64,000 nt of DNA, taken from the NCBI GenBank assembly GCA_964342815.1, contig CAYFHS010000011.1, positions 57,938 to 121,937 on the forward strand. Reading direction: 5' to 3'. Under the pieces are notes generated by a model. It was not told the DNA's origin and did not search any database. It was given only the letters and a program-made list of their open reading frames with translations. Every line of letters begins with the position of its first letter. Positions within the stretch are counted from its first letter, which is position 1. Origin of the DNA: an uncultured archaeon. Lineage in GTDB: Archaea > Thermoplasmatota > Penumbrarchaeia > JASLWR01. The position numbers were made by a program, and so were the translations under genes. Below, piece by piece: positions 37,846-47,101 of the stretch.

Positions 37846-38126
37846 TTGGATCGGGCTTGCGCCGACCCTGGAGGCAAGCCTCCTTCCACATCATTATTGT
37901 TTTTGGTTCGGGCTTGCGCCCATTGCATTCCGTTGCACGCTTCGCTATGATGCATTGGAAATGCATCTGCATCCTCGGGATGCTACCCTACGGATGCATC
38001 AAAGATGCAACTGCGTCCTCGGCAAGTGCCCACTACGTTCCGCAACACTTACGGCGTTGCTGCATCCTCGGGACTACCGTCCCTACGGATATGCCTGCGG
38101 ACGTTTGCTGGAGCTCGCAAGCCCTC
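37846..38126 (+). repeat. Palindromic repeat family 1, long form with twin hairpins and a ~200-nt structured interior
   Basis: TCGGGCTTGCG...CGCAAGCCCTC termini; upstream GGAGGCAAGCCTCC hairpin; internal repeat TGCATCCTCGGGA...CCCTACGGAT twice. Confidence 0.75.
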
Positions 38127-38151
38127 TTTATTTTAGATCCCCTGGGTATTA

Positions 38152-40467
38152 TTACCCGGCAGTTCTCTCTCTCAAGGTCTTCTCGGTGTCCACCTTTTTT
38201 GCATATCTTATGGGAATAGTGGAGGACAGGAGCACGAATGCAATACCTGAAATCAACGTTATTAAGGTAGCCCCCATTATGAAGACAACCGGATAGGTGA
38301 ACAGTATCTTTGCCATCACAATGGCGAATAACTTGGCAAATAGGTACGCAAAGGGCACACCGATCAATCCAGCAAAAACACCGAGGACCGCCATCTCCAC
38401 AAGAAGACTTTTGGCCACTTGCCATTTGGATATGCCCAGAGTGTTCAATGTGGCAAATTCAATATCCCGCTCCATGGTTGAGATTATCACTGCGGAGCCT
38501 GCCACCACAAAGGTAATAATGGCACTGAAGAAAAAGAATCCATAGAATATTCCGTTGGCCTGCTCGAGGAGATCGTCGAAAGACTGAACTATCTGCTCCT
38601 TTATGGAAACCTTGGTAACGACAGGATTCAGACGAAGCTCCCGGGCCCGCTCTTCAGTAAGTTCCGGGTTCTTCATTTTGATATATACACCGGTGCAGTT
38701 CTCTGTTGGAAAGAAAAGCTCAAGGTTGTCCTGGTTTGTATATACTGCCTGCTGGACGATATCATTGACAATGGCGCTGACGGTGAGTTCCTTGGAAACC
38801 GAGCCAACTCCAAGAGTGACCTTGTCACCAACACCAACATCCAGCTCGTCCGCCACGGTATTGGTTATCACTGCCCCCGATAGATCTACGTTTCCTTCCA
38901 TGGCCTGGAAATCACGCACTCGTTCAATATCTTTACATCCCATAAACACCGCGCCGGTTGAACTGGTCCTATAAGTTACTGCCCCCACTATACCCGTGTA
39001 CGGAATAATATATTCTGTATCGTTGGCAAAGAACGGGTCCAGCTCATCCACGGCTTCCACGGAAACGGGTTCGAAAAAGTCCGCCCTCATATCCCAGGTT
39101 TGTGAATCAACACCGTCTCTTATATAACCCCATGCCGAATCGATCATTATCAACCACGAACCGGCCATACCAATGGTCATTCCCACCACCAGAACCGTTA
39201 TTCCAAGCCTTGCAGGGTTCCTGGTGATGTTCCGGAAACCCATGAGCGTTGTTCTGGAAAGGAAGGATGGCCCGAACTTCAGGGTGGTTATCTTGCTTCG
39301 GGGTTTGTAATCCAGTGCTTCCCGTACCGTGGCTCTGGTTATGAGGGTCACGGGTATGGCAACAGAAAGGAGTACGGTGACCAGCGTATAGATAGTCCCA
39401 AGGATGAACGGCAGGGGTGATAAGGGAAATGCTATCTCGATGCTTCCGATCATATCCATGGTAACGGAGGTAATGCCATAGGTAAACAAGAATGAAAGAA
39501 TAATTCCAAAGAAAAGACCCACTCCCGCCAGTACCAGACCCATCAGCATATATGCCCGCACTATCTTGCCCCGTGAATAGCCCAGAGACATCAATACCCC
39601 AATAAACCTGCTGTCGTTGAGTACCAGTCGGTACGATGTCATCATTATGGATATAAAACCCACTATCATGAAAATAACGGAAAACAAGGGCATCATGTAG
39701 TTCATCTTGTCCACGCCCATCTGCATAAATACCACGGTGAAATGATCCTTCTGAAGGGTAACGCTCTTTATCTGAAGTGTCTCAAGAGAACCCACAATAA
39801 TTTCCTGGTCCTGCCCGTCTTCCATGATGATTACCAGGTCATTTACTCCTGAAACATTGAGTATGCCGTGAAGGTCCTCGAGACCCATGTACAAAGCCAC
39901 AACGTTTCCGGGGACCGGAACCGATGTTTCGGCCATGTACCCGGCTAGGGCATATTCTGCGTTCTTCACCACGCCCGTGATGTTTATTTCCACCTGCTGT
40001 CCTGAGATGAGGAATGTGCCAAGTTCACCGGAATCGGCGCCGTATGCCTCCATTCCCGCGATCACTATCCCCTCGCCTGTGGCTTCGAAGAGATGGCCGG
40101 ACTTGAGGGTCATAACATTTATGTCCTGGCGCGCGGGATCTTGCATGCCTATAATGAAAGCCGGATATGTCTCTCCCTGATATGTATAGAACGCCATCAC
40201 CTTGAGGCGCATATCGTAGGTTTTCAGGTCCTGGTCTATAAGTCTAGACTCCAGGTCGCTCTGGTTCACCGGCTCGGAGAATTCGACGAAAATGTCCGGC
40301 ATTTTGGAATTCTCCAGCATTGTCTCGGTGCTGTGATCAAACACATCCGCAGAATAAAGTCCCGTGATGAAAGTTGCCACGGCCATGGCCACCACAAAAG
40401 AAATTCCCACGGTACGGAGTTTCATTCGTCCGATCTTTCTCAGCACCATCAAATTGATCTTTTCCAA
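38152..40467 (-). CDS. ABC transporter permease, FtsX/MacB-like (two-repeat)
   Basis: Two MacB-periplasmic + FtsX halves (IGVLMSLGYSRGKI; ATLNTLGISKWQV); TTG start behind SD GGAGAGGTGA. Confidence 0.88.
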   Translation of the reverse strand: MEKINLMVLRKIGRMKLRTVGISFVVAMAVATFITGLYSADVFDHSTETMLENSKMPDIFVEFSEPVNQSDLESRLIDQDLKTYDMRLKVMAFYTYQGETYPAFIIGMQDPARQDINVMTLKSGHLFEATGEGIVIAGMEAYGADSGELGTFLISGQQVEINITGVVKNAEYALAGYMAETSVPVPGNVVALYMGLEDLHGILNVSGVNDLVIIMEDGQDQEIIVGSLETLQIKSVTLQKDHFTVVFMQMGVDKMNYMMPLFSVIFMIVGFISIMMTSYRLVLNDSRFIGVLMSLGYSRGKIVRAYMLMGLVLAGVGLFFGIILSFLFTYGITSVTMDMIGSIEIAFPLSPLPFILGTIYTLVTVLLSVAIPVTLITRATVREALDYKPRSKITTLKFGPSFLSRTTLMGFRNITRNPARLGITVLVVGMTIGMAGSWLIMIDSAWGYIRDGVDSQTWDMRADFFEPVSVEAVDELDPFFANDTEYIIPYTGIVGAVTYRTSSTGAVFMGCKDIERVRDFQAMEGNVDLSGAVITNTVADELDVGVGDKVTLGVGSVSKELTVSAIVNDIVQQAVYTNQDNLELFFPTENCTGVYIKMKNPELTEERARELRLNPVVTKVSIKEQIVQSFDDLLEQANGIFYGFFFFSAIITFVVAGSAVIISTMERDIEFATLNTLGISKWQVAKSLLVEMAVLGVFAGLIGVPFAYLFAKLFAIVMAKILFTYPVVFIMGATLITLISGIAFVLLSSTIPIRYAKKVDTEKTLRERTAG

Positions 40468-40482
40468 TGGATCACCTCTCCT

Positions 40483-41211
40483 TCAATTCTCCAGTATAGG
40501 TGACCCATTCTGGCTCACCATACTTTCAAGCGGGAGCTTTTCAAGTCTAAGCACACCTTTTCGCAGTATCAGGGTTCGGTCCACGTACTGCTTCAACCGG
40601 GGGTTGTGTGATACGATGAGGAAGGTCATACCCAGATCGTGCTGGAGCTTGTTCATCAGCTTCATGACCTTTCCTTCCCGATCCTCGTCAAGGTTTCCGG
40701 TGGGCTCGTCTGCCAGCACAATGGCCGGCTCCTTTGCCAGGGCACGGGATATAGCCACCCTCTGCTGTTCGCCCCCTGACAGTTCCTGAGGGAAGTTATT
40801 TATCTTGTCGCCAAGACCCACCAACTTCATGTACTTCATTGCCCTCTTCCGGACCTCCGCCTTGTCCTTGATAAGATTCTCAAGTCCCAGCTCCACGTTC
40901 TCGAGGGCCGTGAGGGTTGGTATCAAGTTATAGAACTGGAAGATGAAGCCTACGTGGTCCCGCCTGAATCCAAGGAGGGACTTGTTATGCATTTTCATCA
41001 GGTCCTGGCCTGAAACCTCCACTTCCCCGGTGTCTGACTTGTCGATCCCTCCCAGAATATTGAGAAGGGTGGTCTTGCCGCTTCCCGAAGGCCCCATGAC
41101 CATTACCATCTCTCCCTTTTTTAGCTTTAGGTCCAGTCCTTTAAGCACTTTGGTGGTCTCGCTTCCGGTCTTGTAGCTCTTATGCAGGTCGGAAATTTCT
41201 ACCGTTTTCAT
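40483..41211 (-). CDS. ABC transporter ATP-binding protein, LolD/MacB family
   Basis: GPSGSGKTT, GFIFQFYNLIP, LSGGEQQRVAISRAL, ADEPTGNLD, VSHN. Start set at ATG 41211 behind GAGGTGA. Confidence 0.93.
   Translation of the reverse strand: MKTVEISDLHKSYKTGSETTKVLKGLDLKLKKGEMVMVMGPSGSGKTTLLNILGGIDKSDTGEVEVSGQDLMKMHNKSLLGFRRDHVGFIFQFYNLIPTLTALENVELGLENLIKDKAEVRKRAMKYMKLVGLGDKINNFPQELSGGEQQRVAISRALAKEPAIVLADEPTGNLDEDREGKVMKLMNKLQHDLGMTFLIVSHNPRLKQYVDRTLILRKGVLRLEKLPLESMVSQNGSPILEN
40494..40529 (-). repeat. Palindromic repeat family 2 unit forming the last codons of the ATPase gene
   Basis: TTGAAAGTATGGTGAGCCAGAATGGGTCACCTATAC versus TTGACAAGTTTGGTGAGCCAGCATGGGTCACCTTTAC (29893-29857): three substitutions and one indel. 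Confidence 0.8.
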
Positions 41212-41308
41212 TAACATCACCTCTAGTTCGTTATTAGGGATATGCACGTTAAAGTTGAATTATATTGTGCCGTTCATAGAGGGTAGTTTATATAGTTTTA
41301 TCGTTTTA

Positions 41309-41968
41309 ATGGAAAATATGAGAAAAGTGATCGTTGAATTAAAGCCCTTTCCTTTCATAAAAGATATGCAGAAAAAAATGTTTGAAAAGATAGATTCCAT
41401 AAGGCTTCTCGAACTGCTGAAACTGGATTTCGAGCACGGTTTGAAGGTGGGCCTTATTGAATTGAGCCTGAAAAGGGGGTACGCCGTTGAGGATGTTGAA
41501 CTGCCGGAGAATGTTAAATTGGTGGATATTCTGAAAGTGGAAGGCGGGAAATATACGGGAATCGTAAAGGTGGAGGTACCCAAAGAGTTCAAAAAGATGA
41601 TGAAGCAGTTCGACCTCGATCTTATCTGGGATACGCCAATGGTGATGTCACGGGACAAAATCGTTTACAGCTGTATTGGGGATGAGGGAAATATAAAAAA
41701 ATTTCTGGAAGTCACGAAACTTATCGGCGAAGTGGTGGATGTCATCTTCCAGCGCGGGGTATACCAGGAACACAATGTTCTGTCAAGCCTTACGGAGAGG
41801 CAAAAAGAAATTGTCCTTACTGCCAAGAAGAACGGGTATTACAATTATCCGAGAAAGACCACGCCTGAAAAACTGGCAGGGGAACTGGGTATCAGCAAGG
41901 CGACCACTCTGGAACATTTACGGAAGGCGGAAGTACGTATAATGTCGAACTTGCTTGCCGGTTTTTGA
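41309..41968 (+). CDS. HTH_10 (Bat-type) transcriptional regulator
   Basis: C-terminal LTERQKEIVLTAKKNGYYNYPRKTT.EKLA.ELGISKATTLEHLRKAE; divergent from the ABC operon. Confidence 0.88.
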   Translation: MENMRKVIVELKPFPFIKDMQKKMFEKIDSIRLLELLKLDFEHGLKVGLIELSLKRGYAVEDVELPENVKLVDILKVEGGKYTGIVKVEVPKEFKKMMKQFDLDLIWDTPMVMSRDKIVYSCIGDEGNIKKFLEVTKLIGEVVDVIFQRGVYQEHNVLSSLTERQKEIVLTAKKNGYYNYPRKTTPEKLAGELGISKATTLEHLRKAEVRIMSNLLAGF

Positions 41969-42209
41969 TTTTAATTTATAATAACTCAATTTTTCGACCC
42001 AGGTTACAATATATTCGCAATCAATAGATTCTATTTTCTATGACTCGATTTTCAGGATCCTTTGCAGGCCTGTTTCCATTATCTAAAGCTCAAAGTGAAC
42101 CGTGGCGATTCCCTTGTCCATTAATTTCTCATATCGGAATAACCCAGCCGGAAAGAATATTAAACATGGGCAAATTCCGCGCCGGAAATCAAACTTCGGT
42201 GGGCAATAA

Positions 42210-42791
42210 ATGTCATTTGCAGAAATCTTCAACTCAGACTGGTTCAGACTGGTATTCATTCCTCTCTTCATAGTTCTCGCGCGTATCGTAGACGTCTCGC
42301 TGGGTACCCTTCGAATAATCTTCGTATCCAAGGGGATGAAATATTTGGCTCCGGCCCTTGGGTTTGTTGAAGTGATCATCTGGCTGCTGGCCATCGGCCA
42401 GATCATGCAGAACCTGTCAAATGTGGTGAATTACATTGCCTACGGTCTTGGTTTTGCCATAGGTAACTACTTGGGTATACGGATCGAGGAAAAACTTGCC
42501 ATGGGTTTTGTGGTACTCAGGGTGATAACCAGGAAATCCGCACAGGAGCTGAAGAGCTATTTTACCCGCTCCGGATACAAATACACGATACTGGACGCAA
42601 TGAGCGACGAGGGACCCGTTCATGTAATATATATTACTGTTAAGAGGAAAAATCTCCGAGAGATGATCCCCAATGTCAAACGATACAATCCCAAGGCCTT
42701 CTACACTGTGGAGGATCTGAAATGCGTAAGCGGGAACGTTTTGTCACAGAGGCGCAAATCCAATGGTTTCAAGATAATCATGCGGAAATAG
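42210..42791 (+). CDS. UPF0316/DUF2179 membrane protein
   Basis: LARIVDVSLGTLRIIF...LGFVEVIIWL...YIAYGLGFAIGNYLGIRIEEKLAMG plus an ACT-like C-terminus. Confidence 0.88.
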   Translation: MSFAEIFNSDWFRLVFIPLFIVLARIVDVSLGTLRIIFVSKGMKYLAPALGFVEVIIWLLAIGQIMQNLSNVVNYIAYGLGFAIGNYLGIRIEEKLAMGFVVLRVITRKSAQELKSYFTRSGYKYTILDAMSDEGPVHVIYITVKRKNLREMIPNVKRYNPKAFYTVEDLKCVSGNVLSQRRKSNGFKIIMRK

Positions 42792-42897
42792 ACCGCGCTT
42801 TTCCTGCGATTATTGGGGGGAATTTTGTTCATCAAGGGAAATTTATGAAAAATTGAATTAAATCCAAATAAAAGCACCACTCTATCCCCCACCATAC

Positions 42898-43986
42898 ATG
42901 CCAGCAATTCAGGTTCACTACGCTTTCGGTCTCATGCTCGCCTATTTTCTCGGATATCGGGGCAAGTCAAATATGAAAATCAGCATATTCTCTCTTGCCC
43001 CTGATTTCGACATACTGTTGAGCATCCCGTTCATGATAATTCTGTCATTTGTCAACGTGAATCACAGCACATATGTGTGGCTGAATTTTCTCTTTGCACA
43101 CCGGGGTATCTCGCATACCTTTCTCATGGTACTGGTGATCATGGGTATAGTATACCTTATAACCAGGAACAGAAAAACCGTTATCAATGCAGGCATTCTG
43201 ATGCTGTCCCACCTCATCCTGGACTACACAATTACCTGGGAGCTGAAACCGCTCGCTCCCTTTTATATGGGCCGCATGGAGTCCGGCACTGTTGAATTCA
43301 TGGACCCTGTAATTAACATTTTAACGTTAATATTCATCATCCTATTCATATTCCACAGGGTTGTAAATTCGGAGAAATACCGGAAAAAACACGGCGAAAA
43401 ATATCTGAGGTTAAGGAATAATTTCAGCCGAATAGTAAAGTATACTTTCGTATTTTTGTGCGTGTTCATGCTAGTACTATTCACCGGAAAGGGCATCGGC
43501 CTGTATTCTCGTGCAGGCTGGAAGGATGCGGACTATCACGAGACAGTTGCTTACGGAATGTATGATTTCGTCTACTGTACGGAGGAAAACGATACCCACT
43601 GGGAAGTGGTTAGCTTCGGTCTTTTCTCGCTAGATGAGGAAATAAGTTACGTCGAGAAGGTGGATATCCGGCAAAATGATACGAATCGCCTTTTGGATTT
43701 CGGTATTTCACTCAATGAGCTTGTGGAGAGATGCCACGGCCTTCTGGATACACAGGCGGGAACCGATCAGATGCTGGACTATTACGCTTTGAAAATTGTA
43801 ATAAAGAACGATGGTACGGTCAAGGTCAATGCATTTGATGCCCGCGTGGGCGGATCCGGCGCTACCCAGGCTCATTCCAGCGGTTATGTATTCGAGTTCG
43901 AGAACGGGGACCTGTCCGATTTCAGGGCATTTCGCGATGGCCGCGGTTTCGGTCAGGGAGAGGTGCCGCGTTATCAGTTCGAGTGA
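42898..43986 (+). CDS. Membrane metal-dependent hydrolase (YdjM/DUF457-like)
   Basis: HY.FG, LAPDFD, HRGISHT, SHLILD, LAPF motifs with TM helices. Confidence 0.8.
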   Translation: MPAIQVHYAFGLMLAYFLGYRGKSNMKISIFSLAPDFDILLSIPFMIILSFVNVNHSTYVWLNFLFAHRGISHTFLMVLVIMGIVYLITRNRKTVINAGILMLSHLILDYTITWELKPLAPFYMGRMESGTVEFMDPVINILTLIFIILFIFHRVVNSEKYRKKHGEKYLRLRNNFSRIVKYTFVFLCVFMLVLFTGKGIGLYSRAGWKDADYHETVAYGMYDFVYCTEENDTHWEVVSFGLFSLDEEISYVEKVDIRQNDTNRLLDFGISLNELVERCHGLLDTQAGTDQMLDYYALKIVIKNDGTVKVNAFDARVGGSGATQAHSSGYVFEFENGDLSDFRAFRDGRGFGQGEVPRYQFE

Positions 43987-44074
43987 ATAAGCAGTTTTCT
44001 CATCTGATTCAACGTTGAATTTCGAAATTGATCCGGCTTCACAATTGGGCAGTGAATTCGTAGGAAAATATTAA

Positions 44075-44665
44075 ATGGGAATGAATATGACGAAAAAGAT
44101 CCAGTTCGACGGCGCTTCACTTGGAAATCCAGGTTCCATGGGTATAGGAGTTGTATTATTCGATGATAACGAGATAATCGATAAGATATCGGAAAAATTA
44201 CCTGGAATCGGTACGAACAACCGGGCCGAATACACTGCGCTTCTGAAGGGTATAAGAAGGGCAAAAAAGCTCGGCTGGAAAGAGGTCTGCATAGAAGGAG
44301 ACAGCAAGCTGATAATCAACCAGGTCAACGGTATTTTCGCTGTACGAAAACCCCATTTAAAACAACTTCATCGAGAGATTATGGCCGAGTTGTCGGAATT
44401 CGACTTTTATGAATTGAAATGGATTCCCCGAGAAAACAATGCCAAGGCTGACGCCCTGTCGAAGGGAGCCGTAGTTCCGAAGAAAGAGCTGGCTGAAAAA
44501 GGTAATGAATGCGGCGAGAAGTGTCCGAAATGCGGTTCCACCTGTACATTAAAGTGGCAGACATTTAAAAATAAGACACGGCATATCCGAATGGAATGCC
44601 CGATCCATGGATTTATAAGCTACGTTCCCCAAAATGAAACGAATGTAGGTATAGCTGATAAATAG
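44075..44665 (+). CDS. rnhA: Ribonuclease HI with C-terminal Cys/His Zn-finger-like extension
   Basis: FDGASLGNPG, TNNRAEY.AL, IEGDSKLII.Q, WIPRENNAKADAL; tail CPKC...CPIH. Confidence 0.88.
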   Translation: MGMNMTKKIQFDGASLGNPGSMGIGVVLFDDNEIIDKISEKLPGIGTNNRAEYTALLKGIRRAKKLGWKEVCIEGDSKLIINQVNGIFAVRKPHLKQLHREIMAELSEFDFYELKWIPRENNAKADALSKGAVVPKKELAEKGNECGEKCPKCGSTCTLKWQTFKNKTRHIRMECPIHGFISYVPQNETNVGIADK

Positions 44666-44708
44666 AATTTTTCATGTCGAAAATTATGCGGCCAACTTTA
44701 ATAATAAG

Positions 44709-45086
44709 TTGATCAATGGAAATAACATGTTTCAGATGGAACAAGGAGTTCAGACGGACTGTATCTACTGCAATGAGGTTTATCCGGAGTTAAAGGGCAA
44801 ATGCCCGGTATGCGGTAATAGAGGGCCGAAGTTCACGCCTGCGCAGATGATGGACCGCGAGTCGTCACAGAGGGCTGTTCTTGACCGCTTGCTTTCCCTG
44901 GCGGAGGGCGAGCGTGGTATTAATAATAACGATGATAAGTCTGCTGTATTGGCTTATCGGAGAGAAATTATTGGAGTACTAAAGTCCATAGTTATATATG
45001 ATTTTGAGCTGAAGGGGGCCCTCGTTTGTAGGATACGTGACCTGGATCGGGAGTTTGAAATAGATCCTGAAAAGGGTGAATATTAG
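44709..45086 (+). CDS. Hypothetical Zn-ribbon protein
   Basis: CIYC-x10-CPVC near the N-terminus; the start may be 44727. Confidence 0.6.
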   Translation: MINGNNMFQMEQGVQTDCIYCNEVYPELKGKCPVCGNRGPKFTPAQMMDRESSQRAVLDRLLSLAEGERGINNNDDKSAVLAYRREIIGVLKSIVIYDFELKGALVCRIRDLDREFEIDPEKGEY

Positions 45087-45087
45087 A

Positions 45088-45111
45088 TAATAATAATAAT
45101 AATAATAATAA
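45088..45111 (+). repeat. (TAA)8 microsatellite
   Basis: Eight perfect TAA units starting 1 nt after the TAG stop at 45086. Confidence 0.95.
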
Positions 45112-45137
45112 CGAAGCCGTAGTGGATATTTCTTATG

Positions 45138-45236
45138 GCTCGGCGTACCGCCGAGCTTGGGGGCAAACCCCCCTTTTAGCTTAGATTCATAATATTTTTT
45201 ATGTCGGGCCTGCGTACTTTAACGTAGCAGGCCCTC
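45138..45236 (+). repeat. Palindromic repeat family 1: twin hairpins, AT spacer, stem-loop
   Basis: GCTCGGCG-TAC-CGCCGAGC; GGGGG-CAAA-CCCCC; TGTCGGGCCTGCGTACTTTAACGTAGCAGGCCCTC. Confidence 0.8.
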
Positions 45237-45284
45237 TTCATTTTGAAGATACCGAAACCTAAAATCCATAGAGATATACTGCTG

Positions 45285-46700
45285 TCATCCACCGATCTCA
45301 AGGGCCAGCGTACCGAACATCACTCCACTGAGAAGCCAGGATTCCTTATTCACGTGCTCAATGGTATCCCACTGGGTGTGATATTCCACTGACGAGCCCC
45401 ATTCTCCCATTGCGAAGGATCCATCGATCCCTCTTTTCATGAACGGAGCGGCATCCGGACCGCCGCCACCTTCCGAAATATTGATCTTGTATTTACTAGC
45501 CATTATCGGGTACTTTTCGAACATCCTATCCTTTATATCGCTCAGCTTATTTTGGTACTCCTTGTTGGATATGGTGACCTCGAGAGTGTCCACGCGGGCC
45601 AGGTTCACGTCGTTCATATCGAAGTTCATACAAATTATGCCTTTTCCCTTCACCTCTTCCTCATGGGCCTTTACATATTCGAACGCACCAAGCAGTCCCT
45701 TTTCCTCCGCATCGGCTGATATGAATCTCATGGTCTTTTTCAGATCATATTTCGCCATCTGTCTCGCCATCTCCATGATGGTTACAGTTCCCACCGCGTT
45801 ATCCACCGCGCCGGGATTGATGTACGTCGTGTCCCGATGTGCTATAGCATAGATAATACCGCTGTTCTTATCAGACCCTGGCACGTCTCCTACCACGTTA
45901 TGGATATTGTTCTTTGCTATGGTGGTGTCGAAATTTAGCTGGATCCGTACTGTACTTGTACCGAGAATAGGGATGGTTCTAGCGTTACTAATGGCGTCCT
46001 TAATCTCGTCCCCTACCTTTTTCGAGACCGCACAGGTCGGTACCACGGCATTCGGATTCGCGTCCGGATATGGAATACCGTCCCCGTTCTCGTCGCTGCC
46101 GTACAGCCCCCCTACATATGGTGGATATCCCATGGACTTTCCCGCACGTAGATTCTGAACGATAACTGCTCTAGCTCCATGATCGGCTGCACGGGGTAAT
46201 GCCTGTTGAGTCGTGATTACCGCCTTTCCGTTGACGTCTAACCCCTCAAACGATTCCTCACTGCCGTCACCCACGTCGACGATATCCAGGGTGATCTCTC
46301 CGTTACTTGATCCGGAATACTGGTAAAGAACAAAATCCCTGATGTGGACGTAATTTGTTTCACGATTTCTCAGGCCGTAGATTATCAGTGACAATGAAGC
46401 ACGGTTCACTTCGAAGGTCGTGACCTCGTGCGCTTCTATATGTACGTTTGCAAGGCCAGCCTCTGAAAACCGTTTCTCAACGTACTCGGCACCCAGGAGG
46501 CCATTGGCCGTACCCGGAACCCTTGGGCCGATATCCGTCAGGTTCTGCATGTCCACATATGCCTCATCATAATCGAAATCAACCAGATCGACGGTAATGC
46601 CGCCGTGGGAACCACCGAAGGAAAAATACGCGATTCCCCCGAACAGTACCAGCGCTGCCACAGCAACTGCGATTATCTTTTGAAACTTGCTTATTTCCAC
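45285..46700 (-). CDS. Membrane-anchored M28 family metallopeptidase with PA domain
   Basis: Signal anchor, GPRVPGT, NVVGDVPG, AHRDT, GAVDNAVG, AEEKGLLGA, PDAAPF, YHTQWDT. Confidence 0.9.
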   Translation of the reverse strand: MEISKFQKIIAVAVAALVLFGGIAYFSFGGSHGGITVDLVDFDYDEAYVDMQNLTDIGPRVPGTANGLLGAEYVEKRFSEAGLANVHIEAHEVTTFEVNRASLSLIIYGLRNRETNYVHIRDFVLYQYSGSSNGEITLDIVDVGDGSEESFEGLDVNGKAVITTQQALPRAADHGARAVIVQNLRAGKSMGYPPYVGGLYGSDENGDGIPYPDANPNAVVPTCAVSKKVGDEIKDAISNARTIPILGTSTVRIQLNFDTTIAKNNIHNVVGDVPGSDKNSGIIYAIAHRDTTYINPGAVDNAVGTVTIMEMARQMAKYDLKKTMRFISADAEEKGLLGAFEYVKAHEEEVKGKGIICMNFDMNDVNLARVDTLEVTISNKEYQNKLSDIKDRMFEKYPIMASKYKINISEGGGGPDAAPFMKRGIDGSFAMGEWGSSVEYHTQWDTIEHVNKESWLLSGVMFGTLALEIGG

Positions 46701-46821
46701 GGCGGTTTGATATGATTGTCGTTACTTAAGTATTATGGTCTCTTTGGATGTTGGGAATGGGTACGGCAGTTGTGCTGAGATGTGTTATTCCAGAAATTAC
46801 ATCTCTCTCAGTTTTCTTCTT

Positions 46822-46928
46822 CGAGGCCTGCGACGTAAGAAACGCAGGCCTCGTTAACACCTAAAAGAAGAATTTCAAATTTACAAATGGTCGGTGATCC
46901 ACCGACCAAGAGGGCGAACCGCCCTCTT
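46822..46928 (-). repeat. Palindromic repeat family 1: reversed stem-loop plus twin hairpins
   Basis: The reverse complement has the core GGCCTGCGTTTCTTACGTCGCAGGCC, identical to the 51.27 kb copy; twin hairpins GGTCGGTG/CACCGACC and AAGAGGGCG/CGCCCTCTT at 46889-46928. Confidence 0.85.
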
Positions 46929-47101
46929 CCAAAATTTTGTTCATATGTCGAAATACCAAACTCCAGCTCGATTCCTGCTTGATCTCTACCCTCCAAAGCA
47001 TACGCGAAATCGTTGGTCGATCAAGATTTCTACCGTTGAAAATATATATGATGAAAACCTTATTTTACAATATACAACAACTCAATCATCACGGAGTTAC
47101 C

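Noticed and set aside
37824-38425. ORFs 37824..38219, 37955..38296 and 38033..38425 across the palindromic element
   Set aside because: Composition reflects GC-rich palindromes and antisense of the permease; no protein features.
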